From: Schmidtea polychroa
Taxonomy: Eukaryota
Assembly (NCBI GenBank): GCA_044892525.1
Contig: CM097885.1
Span: forward strand, 39,184,001 to 39,248,000
DNA: 64,000 bases
Direction of reading: 5' to 3'
The notes below the pieces were generated by a model. It saw only the letters and a program-made list of their open reading frames with translations, did no database searches and was not told the DNA's origin. Position 1 is the stretch's first letter. Each line of letters opens with the position of its first letter. A program made the position numbers and the translations under genes. Positions 9,306 to 20,902 of this stretch are shown piece after piece.

Positions 9306-9965
9306 ATGTATAATAGTATCATGCGAGGCGAGATGATGATAACAATGACGGTATTGATGATTCTGACGGAGAACAAACAAGTAAACGCCCAACCGAAAAT
9401 CGTGCGAGATTACCGAAATCAAAATCAAGAACCTAAACGAGAATCCGGCCAATGCACATACCCTATGACAGTAAAAATCCATATCATCCAAACCCTTCAA
9501 TCAACCCGTTCACACATCAACAACATCCAAACAATGTGTAAAAAGAATCCCATTTGTAAAATGATAAACAAACAAATCCTCGAACAAATCCAACAATTCG
9601 ACCAGCTAGAACAACAAATGCAACAAGAGAATTTTGAAAATCTTGTAGAAAAGCCAAAAACACCTCCCGAAATCAATGACACCCATTATCTCATATATGT
9701 GGTGATCGCAGAAACCCTCCTCCTATGTCTACCAATACTCATGAAGATTTACGAAGTTAGAAATAAATGTAGAACCCCGACAGCAATAAGAGTAACCTCG
9801 AACAGAAATCCTCAAGAAGTGCCACTGACAAATCTTAACCCAACCCCATTCCGACCTCGAATCCCGAGTAACCAACCAATCCAGCCGAATTCTTACAGTC
9901 AGACCTATCTCAACATCAATACCCAAACCAACCAACAACCGCCGGCAGAAGCATCAAATGGTTAA
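9306..9965 (+). CDS. Small predicted type I membrane cargo protein
   Basis: Hydrophobic N-terminus MMITMTVLMILTENKQVNAQ, short helical ectodomain with two Cys, TM-like YLIYVVIAETLLLCLPILM, and a Pro/Asn/Gln-rich tail. Confidence 0.7.
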   Translation: MYNSIMRGEMMITMTVLMILTENKQVNAQPKIVRDYRNQNQEPKRESGQCTYPMTVKIHIIQTLQSTRSHINNIQTMCKKNPICKMINKQILEQIQQFDQLEQQMQQENFENLVEKPKTPPEINDTHYLIYVVIAETLLLCLPILMKIYEVRNKCRTPTAIRVTSNRNPQEVPLTNLNPTPFRPRIPSNQPIQPNSYSQTYLNINTQTNQQPPAEASNG

Positions 9966-10583
9966 CAGTTCATAAACTCTAACTCAAACATTGGTGATAT
10001 CATATGTAGAAACTTTTATTGTATATACAAACTATCACCTTAAGTGATACTTGCTTGGTCTTGATTTGACCTATATCTTAGAATAAAATTGTTTTATTAT
10101 TGTAATATAATTGTTTCGATATATCCTTTTTATGAATGCATGAAGTAAGATAACTATGCAATTGCGGGACGCAATTTTGATGGGTCCCCGAGTGATTTGT
10201 TGGGCTGAATCGAAGGGTAGTTGAGAAATTAGGGCAAACTTAACTAAAATAAAATAAAAAATAAAAACAAATAAATTGACAAACAAAATAGAATAAAACA
10301 TAAGAAAAACAATAATTAGAAAATAGGAATTAAAACAAAAAATATAAAGATGAGAAAAAATTAAAATAGGACAATAGAATGGCGGAAAACAACGTAAAAT
10401 ATAGTAAATAATAAGAAAATTAAGGAAAATAAATAAAAACATAATTTTAATAAAGAAAGTAAGAAGAAATAACTCAAAAACAAGGAAAATAAATTAAATT
10501 AATAAAATTAAGCGGTACTCAATTCTAATTGGTCCGCGCAAACAAAAAATTAATATATAAGCAGGCATTAAAAACATAACAAT

Positions 10584-10659
10584 TACTGTTAATCAACCAC
10601 CTCAATAGGTAAGCGAAATTTAAACAAAAATACTGTTAATCAACCACCTCAATAGGTAA
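10584..10659 (+). repeat. 29-bp direct repeat pair in the LTR (U3 enhancer-like)
   Basis: TACTGTTAATCAACCACCTCAATAGGTAA at 10584 and 10631; also present in the second LTR copy. Confidence 0.8.
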
Positions 10660-12633
10660 ATCTATTCTACGACAGAACAGAACTCCAGCAACTAACGCAC
10701 GATAACTCACGAGGACAATCCCAAGATTCAAGAGATTTTTACAGAACTAGACGATATTCGAGCATTAACTGATTCGACATAGTACCCTTTTCGACTCAGC
10801 CCATACTTGTATCAATCATTCAGTAAGGATTTTTGATTGCTTATTTTGAATTTTTAAGTAATGCGTATAGTTTAATAATATTTTTAATTTAAAAAATGGT
10901 TTTTCTTTTCGTTTGATTTTCGAATGCTTTACTTAAATTAATAATTTGCTTAATAATAAATGATTTGCTCGTTAAGAATTATTGATCTTTTATGAATTAA
11001 TTTGTATGAATTATTGGAGACTATTCAATTTTGCGAGAAACGTGGCGTTGAGATACTCTATGTCATGGTGTGAGGTGCCTTCGGGAGCTCCACCGGTGGA
11101 CATAGGGTATTTCAATCACGCAGCTAGATTGGGCCGAAATGTGAGGGCTTCTTCACGGGTCCAATTGCTGAAGGTGCGACTAAAAGCTATAGGTAAATGG
11201 TGGCAGAAAATTGATAGTCATGTAGTGATTGAAAACAAAGATATATAATAAAGGAATCGGAGAGTTTGGATGTATTCGCGCAGTGATTGAGGGTGTCGCA
11301 CTATCGTCTTCAAATATCGTTTTTGCTAAACCTAAAAATCTCTCTATCATCAATGTAGGTTGTGCGTCAAAAATTGTTCAAACCTTAATGAGGCTATCTG
11401 TGACATATCTTTGATGTTCATACCTTTCACTCAGAATCTGTTCCGACCAATTTTAGCCTATGACCTTTTGAACTATTATTCCGTTCACCTAAAAGTTCTC
11501 TTAAAGACATCGTTGCAAGGAAGCTCAAAGTAGATTGCTTCAGATAATTATTGGAATTATTCCAAATGACTGTTTACGGATAAATTGTAGAACTACGTAA
11601 AATAATTTATTATAGATAATTGTTAGAACTTCATAAAACGAGTTTGTTCCAATTAAAATTTTGAATTACATAAAATAATTTACTTCAATTAATTTTTTTT
11701 TGAATTATATAAAAATATTTACCTATAATCAATTATCATAATTACACGAACTATTGGCATCAAATAATTTAAAATGAAAAATGCAACCAATTCGAACCAA
11801 GAAAATATATTTCTTCAAGTTAACCGATAATCTTGTTAAATACAAAATTCCAGTATTACATGAGGTTGGCAATCCAGCAGAGATAGGAAAAAATCCTCCA
11901 GCACTTAGAGAGTAGATTGATAAACTAGGCTTGAGGAATTAGAGACGAAAAATCCACCCTTGGAGCAAGCAGTATCCAACATTTGCAATATAGATAATTT
12001 TAATTTTTCCAATAATCCGGTGAGAATTAGTAAATCATCACCATATGCCGTAGAATTGTGAGCGAATACGCGGTGGATAAAATTCTGAGAGAATGCCATC
12101 ATGCAAACATTCAACGCCTGCATTGGTAGTATAATTAAGCGGGTGAAAGCGCACCTGGCATGCGTCACCAGTTGCAGACTTACCTAATAGCCAAGTACAG
12201 TAGACAAAGTCACACACGCATCTACTCATGAAAAATTAGATCGAACATGCCAATTAAACTACCGACAGCTATCAGATTTCACCGCTTCGGATTAAGAGTC
12301 AATCACTGGGCTGACATTACCTTATCTACCCAGCAGGTATGATCGACTACTAGCTCACACTGATACCGTGCTCAGTTGTTATAAAGACACTAACATTTAA
12401 TGATAAACTCGATCATAATTATGAGTATTCTCTCGTTATTATCTTAGCATGAATGGCACCGAAATTATTTCATTTTTTGACATAGTTATCATTAATATTA
12501 GTATCGAATATTGTTAAATAAATATTATGTAAACCAGGTAAAACACATACGTGAGTAATTAAAGAAAATGAATAAACAATTAAAAATTTAAATAACCTTC
12601 CGTTTATCCTGTAGGAACTAATCAACAGGCATT

Positions 12634-13757
12634 ATGGACCCCTTTTCCATAGATAGTCACTCGACCCCAATATATGATACACTCAGTAAAAGCACTCGTA
12701 CGGGGGGAGAAGTCGACAATTTAAATCGATTCTCGGTAAACGTGAAATAATGACTCCAAGCGGATTAAATAAATAATCAGTTTCATCGACATAGAATTTC
12801 TCTCACAAACAGTAATATCTTCCTTTTCCTTGTGCGAAATCTGGGTTGATTGATTTATCTTCTTATAATTAAAGCCCCGAAAGGGTACGAGAATCCATCG
12901 CGTAGTAGAACTTGTCCTGACTGGTAAACCCTTATTTTTGTCTATGATCAGTACAGTATGAATGTAGTCAGGTGGTGACGCTCCCGCTGATTTAATTATT
13001 TTCATTTTCTTTTTCACAGTCGCTCAAAATGTTGCCAAATTCCAAGCCCGTTCTTCGACCTTGTTTTTCTTGCTCCGACAAGAATTCAATTATCAAAGAG
13101 CTCCAGGCCCAAATTGGCAAGCACAAAAGAAGGATAGATGAGTTAGAGGGGACATGGTTTAGTCCCACCCAGATGAAGGAGGCTCAGAAGAAGCTGCACC
13201 GAAGCGAGCACTGTAGAGACGCGTTGATTTCCGAGAGTCGGGCGCAGAGGAGCCTGATAAAAGAGCAGTCGGAGGCGCTGCACAAATTGTACGTCCAGGC
13301 CGCAACTACAAGGAAGATCGCGAAGATCCCGATTAACGAAGCCAGTAACCTTTTCCCAGCACATCATGATATCTCTGGAAAGTCCTGCCATGGGTGCGTA
13401 GAGACCGAGCTCTCACCTAAAGGACCAGAAATCATCTTTACCGGAACCAGTAAAGTGCTACCTGCGATAGCATCCACCTCAGCAGCACCCTCGACCAACC
13501 AAACAGCATCGAAGCCAAAGCGTCGACAATTATCGAGAGCAGAACGAAAGAAAAAACAGCGGGAACGCATAACCGCCAAACAGAACCAGCAATCGTCGGA
13601 TCATCCAATCAAAGTCATCAACCCCCCTGCAGCAATCGATTTAGCACCAGTGATCTCAGGGCGAATCATCTCCGCCGCTGGTGTTACCTGGGAGGAAAAC
13701 GCCTCTGAGTTTTTCGATTTGGAAGATCTATTGGCAGACTCGGAGTGGGAGAAATGA
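12634..13757 (+). CDS. LTR-encoded spliced gene (exons 12634-12735 and 13020-13757; 279 aa): CxxC, coiled coil, basic NLS-like segment, acidic tail
   Basis: 34-codon exon MDPFSID...NRFS ends at a GT donor (12736). A polypyrimidine TTTTCATTTTCTTTTTCACAG acceptor at 13019 joins it in frame (SLK) to the 242-aa ORF. Contains KPKRRQLSRAERKKKQRER and ends FFDLEDLLADSEWEK. Confidence 0.72.
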
Positions 13758-13891
13758 GAACTTCCCCGTAAAAAGTCTTCGTTCTCTGAATTGACCTGAA
13801 CATTGTCTGATAACATTTTACCTTGTCTCTTTTCCCGTTGTCGTGAACTTTATTGTATAGGTGTTAGATATATTTGTGTGATAATCTTAAT

Positions 13892-13897
13892 AATAAA
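13892..13897 (+). promoter_or_regulatory. Candidate polyadenylation signal in the LTR
   Basis: AATAAA 135 nt after the LTR ORF stop, followed by a GT/T-rich tract. Confidence 0.5.
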
Positions 13898-16800
13898 CCA
13901 TTTTTGTCTGCATACGTTCTTTTTGTGTTCATCTTAAGACAGTTGAGTTGAAATTGGTAAATGGTATTGAGAGTCATAAAATTATGAGGAGCATTAGTCA
14001 GTTGGTAAACTCAGCTAGAAATATTGCGATGGGGCGACGGAATGAGTAGACGTAAGTCCTTCTATCGGCAGTCAGGGTTGGGAAGTCGAGGCCTCAGTAA
14101 GGAGTAGTCCGAAGGAGCTGGCTCACCTGCTTACTGGCGTCTCGCCGGCATAGCACAGTTCCAACGTGAAGCAATTCACGGGTGCTATGTTGGAGTGTAA
14201 GTTATGTACGGGTCCCGCTCGGCGATGACCAAATAAATGACGGGCGAAATCGAGGTGGGCATTCATCCTCTAGACTAAAGCTGCACTAGAAAGGGGTCAT
14301 CCGAGTAGTGTACCCGCAACAACTGTAAAAATAAAAATTGTGGAACGTTCTGTGCTGTTCCGGGCTTTATTTTATTCGTAGGATTAACCTTTGAATATTA
14401 TTACAAGCGCTAAATTTTTGGGCGATTATACTAAAAATGTTTGGGGTATTTATATTAGATTTTTAAGCCAGATGTTATTTTAAAATAAATTATATTAATT
14501 TCTAGTGTTAAGAATTGTATTTCAAGTATGATCTTAAGAACAAATTATATTATTTTACCTAAAGAAATATTATTTTATTTTTATTTTCAGTTAATTCAAG
14601 AATACTTGAATTATTCTGACTAAAATTTTTCAGCTGTTTATTTATTAAAGAAATTTTACCTTTAATTAAAATTTATTGTTATTAATTTAAAATATTAAAT
14701 TAAAAATTATTAAAATATTTTCCCTTGTATAAAATTATATTGTAATCATTTATTAAAAAGTTAACTAATAAAATACTCAGTCTATTAAATATATACACCC
14801 GATAAAATATACATCATTAATCAGACAGTATTATACATAAATAATCAGACAGAAATTAATCAGAATAATAATAAAGGATAAAATATGCACAGATTGTTAG
14901 CTATTTCGAGGATAATGTTTGATCAATAATATTTACACAAATTAAATCGTTCAAGAATAATGTTTTGTTGAATTAACTTGAATTGATTGGATTGTTTCTG
15001 GATTGAATTGGGTTGCATGGAATTGGGTTGTTGATTGTTGGGAAATTAGATTGTCTATTTATCTACGCTCTTCGGTGTATACATTGACTCGGTATCTCTT
15101 GGGCCCTGTCCTATAATACCGGTTGAGGTTAAATGTGGTGATGTGCCTACCTTCATCATCCAACATACTTAATCTCCTTGAGTAACTCTGAGTTGTTATT
15201 GTCGTTCCCGACCAATATAAAACAATCTTTCATCACTATTACAATATATTACAAAACTACAGTAAACTTTATTGTCAAGTCACTGAAACATTATATTAAT
15301 AATACAGGATACTAATAATCAAAGGAATAGAAATTAGAACCCGGAACTTTAATAATATAAATAAGTATTATTGTCGACAAAGGTTCAAATATGCACTCCT
15401 CATCTGAGGCATTCATAACATTTGCATAGTATATTACTTCACTTTTTGGTGGTACTTCTTTGACAGATTCGTGTTTCATTATAATTTGAAATGAATTTAA
15501 AGTTTCAGTGACAGACGAGACCCATTAACTATTGACTGACTCATTTAATTTGTCTGTTTTCAGAAATCTATATGAAATCTATTGATCCTGTTAGCTTCCA
15601 CTGGCGTCATGAGAATCGCGGCGGGTTGGTCGAGAGTTTGAGTGGTCTGTGACTTGACAGCTCTGTGGCAACTGCTTGTTTGTCAAGGATGTGAGATTTA
15701 GAGACTGAAGGTTTATCTGTTTGATAATCTTGTTTTAATTAATTGTCGGGGTATTTTGAAACTTTAATTGAAAGTTTTTTACAGAAATTAAAACAACATT
15801 TCGATTTTCCTGGGTGTTCTTTACTATTGCTAATTTAATTTGATTTAATTAACAAATTAGGAGTGATGACACTAAAGCTTTTAGGGAAATTTTGCAAGTA
15901 GTTGCTGATATATCAATGATAGGTTAATTTGGTGTTGCTTTTTACTTGTTTTACCCGATTGCAAATAAAGTTCAAGTTATTTCAAAAGGTAATGATAGAC
16001 AATATTTATGAGAATCATTGGCTGATGGGTCTAAAAGTTAAGTATAATAGTTATAAACCAATTGCTAGAGGTTCTTAAGTCATTTTAAACATAAAAGAAG
16101 ATCAAATTAAATATCTGAATGAAAAGATCCAATCATCAACCTAGAATTATATTCTATTGACTAAAAGTATGCAACAAAAGCATCGGAAAGTTCTCCATTG
16201 ATGCAAATAATAAAAGAGAAAATTTATTTTCTAACAAAATTACTAAACTTCATACAATTCAAATTGAAAGAAATTAACGATGTTAAGATTAAGTTTCACA
16301 ATGCAAAATAAAGAAATAACCAAATACCAGATGATGAAACTACAGTAACAAAAGAGAAGGAAAGTGAAGAAACCGAAAGTAAATCGAAACTTGAATATTT
16401 GGATGATGACGATAAAAATATAAAGATTAAAAGGAAAAGAAAAGATGCTGGTGTAGAAGAGTTAAATAAAAATAACCCGATTTAGACAATAATCCAAAAT
16501 CGAAAAATATTAATTAATTTAATTATGTTTAAAAAGCCAAGAAAAAGCCTATTATCATTAAGTTTTAAGAAAAAATCCTTCATTGAAATTATGATAAAAT
16601 TATGTATGTCGAAAATTCAAATTTTTGTGTCAATTTGAATTCTTCTGTAAATCTAATCATATTTCTTGACCAGCCATTTCAACCTTATACCAAACTTTCA
16701 ACAGCTTTAGTTCACCTGATTGTAAAATTAAGTTTTGTAATCAGAATTCAAAATCTTATTTAATGGAGAGTTAGGTGAATAGAGAAAAATAAGTACATGC

Positions 16801-17759
16801 GTGCTATTGGATTATAATACTGTGTGCATGTCATTGTTATCTGATTAATTAATGTGTGCGTTGATATTGTTATGTAATTGGGTGATTTTTTGGTGTGCAT
16901 GTCAATCATTGATTTTTCATTTATTATTGTTATCATTTATTCAGACCTTCAATTTATAATAAATTTTAATTACTTCCTTATTGTTTTCAAATTTATGAAT
17001 AGTTCTTCACAGTAATCCAATATCACACTGCTGGCGTTTACGATTTCTCCACGAGGTTTTGCGGATACTGACATTTTCCGAAAAATTGCTTTCATCACAT
17101 GTGGGGCATTTAAATTTGGATTTTTTTCTTTCTAGACACGGTAGCGCTCATAGATTCTGTTTTCCAGTTTTGCGTTTCTACAGGCATTTTACTCTGCAAT
17201 AATATTCGAGTTTTTTCTATTAAAAATCCATTCCCGTAATTTGCAATGCCTTCCATAATACACTTGGGATAACAATGCCAAAGGCCACGGGGTTTATTGA
17301 TTCTTGTTAGCTTCTCGAGGCATTTTAAAGAACCAAAATATGAGTCAACCGATCGAGATTTCCTCTATTCAAATGCACCATAAGGGCTTAGACCAAAAGC
17401 CTTCCCCATAGCGGACTTTGAGTTTGAGTAATTAGTCTTTGCAGCTTCTGTCTGATGGCGCTATATATCTAAAGAGGCTCCTTGTAGGCCAATGGGAAAT
17501 AAGTGGTCCAGATGTTAGGAGGCTCTTATTATGCCCACGATAGCTTGTACATTCATTTTAATGATAAAATAAACTTACACACTTTATTTTATGCTCGATG
17601 GTTTTTAGAGCACACGAAAATACCTCAGCGTGATATATTTGTCGAAACAACAATTACGTTGCCACTGACTTATCATGTAATATGTTAGAGCTGTCTTTGA
17701 TCGCGAAATTCAATGTGCAACTTTGGTAAAAATCATTACAGATACATATTGTGTTAGTA

Positions 17760-17966
17760 TTAGATAGTTTCAATCAGTTTGACTTTTGTTTCATTGCGCC
17801 AATGTCCACTTGGAATACCTTTTGACCATTGAAGTCTCTTCCATTGATTTCTCCGGCAAATTAAGGGTTTAAGTTTTGCTAATCTTTCTTTTAATCTAAT
17901 TTCCTTCAATATCCTTTTTAAATCTTTTGATCCGCACAGTCCATACATACAGACCGTCGACAGCAA
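17760..17966 (-). pseudogene. Tc1-family transposase fragment
   Basis: RLAKLKPLICRRNQWKRLQWSK resembles the Tc1 'ARKKPLL...KRLEWAK' motif preceding the first catalytic D; degenerate. Confidence 0.5.
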
Positions 17967-18325
17967 TTTCGAGCTCCTAGGCAGAGCATCTCACAGGGCC
18001 CTAATCGAACAACGCATAAAATAGCAGATGACGTTTTATTTGACGTTCTATAGTACACAAATGATATGCATGTTTTCAGTTTCAGTAATCATGGTTTTCA
18101 AAAATTCGCTTATGAATTCAAACGAGTCATTTGAAATAATTATTATATATCACTGTATTATTTTTGTACTTATATCTAAAAGCTTACCTATGCTTTATCC
18201 AAATTTTAATAACTATCAATTGGGTTAATGTAAGAACTCTCGTAATGATTATGCCCACATTGTTACTGTTTTATGCCTATCCTATCGAACGGGTATTAAA
18301 AATACTCATGCCTTGAAAACTATCG

Positions 18326-18480
18326 TCAACAGCCTTTCAAATGGATACTGCCTATAATGATATCTTGAAAGCTTACCTAACCAGCTTATCCTAACAAGCA
18401 CTGATATCCTGAAGCCTATTATCAACAGCCTTTCAAATGGATACTGCCTATAATGATGTCTTGAAAGCCTATCCTAACCA
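18326..18480. repeat. Imperfect tandem duplication, period about 96 bp
   Basis: TCAACAGCCTTTCAAATGGATACTGCCTATAATGAT occurs at 18326 and 18422. Confidence 0.75.
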
Positions 18481-19003
18481 AATTATCAGACGGATACTGC
18501 AAGTACAGCAATACTACTGTGGGATTCCAAAGTCAATTCAACCGCGTTCAAACCACGTTAACTGATGGAATTCAGATGCTTGAACTTTAAACTGATTCTA
18601 GTTAAGTCAACTGAAGTGTCAGTAATATTATATTTAAATGCATAACAATTCTAACCCGGACCCCTAAACATCGTCGGGCTCCTGGGCATTTGCACCCCTG
18701 CCCCCTCTCGACGGGCCTGTACAGTTAACATGTACCGTTAAGATTTAAAAACACCTGAGACAAAAATAAGCTGAATCAAATAGGTTTAAGTAACCTTAAA
18801 GAACCTTTATTTTAAACACCGAGTCATCCAAAAATCAAAGTCATTTGATTATATTTTTGAAATTTTTATTTAATTATTTAATTTTAACAGAATTTCCTTT
18901 TTAAAAATATAATCATTGTTATAATTCAGCCGAATTCAAACAAATATTTATTTATTAAGAAAGTAAAGTGTATATTTCATCAATGATGTTAATATTATTT
19001 TAT

Positions 19004-20821
19004 TCAAGCTCCTAGAAGGTCTGAGAGTAATTGATTATAATTAATATCTTCTACACATTTTCCTTTTAAAAGTTCTCCGGAACTAAGAAAAGACTCTACT
19101 TCCGAAACGGGTGCCGGATAAGGATTAGTGCGCCAGTTGATGAAATATAAAAACTGATTGTAGTCGATCAAATCGTGATCAGGTTGAAGCAAACATCTTT
19201 AAAAAAACCCATTAATTAATAATTAATAATTGAATTAAACTTACTGATCAAACAGAATTTCTAAAAGATCTTGAGAAATCGGTAAGTGAAGCAGTTTACA
19301 AATTTTCTTCATTTCTACTCTTTCTAATTGACCGTTACCTCGCTTATCAGATTTAACAAATATGTTCTGAATTTGAGAAAACTCTTCGAAATTAACTTTT
19401 CTTAATTGCTGTTGGATGACACCAATCAAAGCAGAAACATTAACATCTTTGACAGACCTGCAGTTTATATTACTTTGAATCTATTTGGAAAAATTAAAAA
19501 TATTTTCTATTATAAAAATCGACTAGATCTTTGTTTTCCAATCATTTTCGGCTTGTGTGCTTTATTTATCCACACATCTTTTCCATTGACCCTAACTTTT
19601 ACAAAAGTTTTAGATTTTATTCAAGCACTCTGTGTCACTAGAAGGGTAGATAGAGTGAACTGAACTCCATATTATCCCATATTGTTGTAACTATGCATAT
19701 CTGAGAATATATGCTTATATGTTTTTCCTATTTTTTTCTATTTTTATTAAATAAAATTTGTTATATCAATATAAATTTAATTTTTTACATTTATGATATC
19801 TTTCTTTTAATTTAAATATTGAATTTTAATTGTTTTCATATTTTGTTTATTTTCACCCTGTCATGTGCCCCACCTGAGAAACGCTGGACTGAATCAATGT
19901 ATAATAGAATCACTACCAAAATAATTATTATAGATGACAATAGAAATATAAATCACCCATAATCACAAATTTTTGTAATTTTTACGTAATCAAAAAAAAA
20001 TATTTTTACAAAATTTATTATTTTTGGTCATTGGAATAAATAAAAGAACGTAAACAATGGTTACAGATCATTGTAATAACTGATTATTTGAATCAGTCGC
20101 GTTGTGGAATCAAATTTTTAAGAACCATTTCAACTTCTTAAAATCTACAGCATGATTCGTAACCTGTGTGTTGCGAGTTATTTAGAAAATATTTAAAATC
20201 GCTAGGAGTTTTACGAAAATTTTAAAGGTTAATATATATCCAATGAAAATCAAAAAAGTGATTATTTGAATTTGATCAAATTCACTTGAAAAAGGCAGTG
20301 CCGAAAATTCGTGAATATCAAAAACATCGATATATTTACTCATTTATAGTCAAGCTTTTTAATAAATATAAAATTGCAAATAACCAACCGATATACAGTG
20401 ATGCCAAATGGCAACACTTGGTTAATAAGGGTTAATCAGCACCTACGATATTAAGTCAACGACAAAATTAATACCTTGCTGCGTAATGTCTGGCGATGGT
20501 ACAGATCTCATGGTCTGTTAATTCTTGTTCAGAAAACCAAATTCGTAAAACCGATTGAAGCTGATGGAAGGTCACGGTCATCGCTTTCTGTGAGTCAACC
20601 TCTTTAAAATGTGAGTCTATTTCTCCTTCTTTAGAGGCAAATTTCTGTCTCAGTTTCAGCATAATTCTATCGATATTACTTTGTGGAAACTAAAATAATT
20701 TATAAAATATATATAATAGGTATTTATGTTGTAAGTTATATATTATGTTTAATAATAAATTTTAATTTAGGAAAAATTGTTGAATCCATCCGAGTCTCCT
20801 TTAAAAAACTGTATCAGGACA

Positions 20822-20902
<81 letters not shown>

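Larger units (their letters stand above)
1..14321 (+). mobile_element. Giant Ty3/Gypsy LTR retrotransposon, 3' portion (pol, cargo ORFs, 3' LTR); 5' part lies outside the window
   Basis: Gypsy-order pol (RNase H then integrase) is open from base 2. Five co-oriented A-rich intronless ORFs follow, then a TG...CA-bounded 4.1-kb repeat that recurs as a solo LTR at 32976-37122. Linkage of this LTR to the ORFs is inferred from adjacency and from its own flanks not forming a TSD. Confidence 0.88.
10198..14321 (+). repeat. 4124-bp LTR, probable 3' LTR of the giant Gypsy element
   Basis: Starts TGTTGGGCT and ends CCCGCAACA (TGTTG/CAACA inverted ends). Near-identical to 32976-37122. Flanks GATT and ACTG do not form a TSD. 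Confidence 0.9.

Noticed and set aside
460-9938. Many antisense or alternate-frame ORFs overlapping the element ORFs
   Set aside because: Shadow ORFs expected from A-rich, purine-biased coding strands; low-complexity F/S/L products.
10071-10442. Hydrophobic 123-aa minus-strand ORF (and the 88-aa copy at 32954-33220) as a membrane protein
   Set aside because: Reverse complement of an A-rich LTR tract; it crosses the LTR boundary differently in each copy.
15100-15200. Minus-strand DDEGRHITTF resembling a Gypsy RT motif
   Set aside because: Only about 10 residues, with no flanking RT similarity recognisable.
17040-17400. Degenerate minus-strand coding-like stretch with FKCPTC
   Set aside because: Multiple stops; no family can be assigned.
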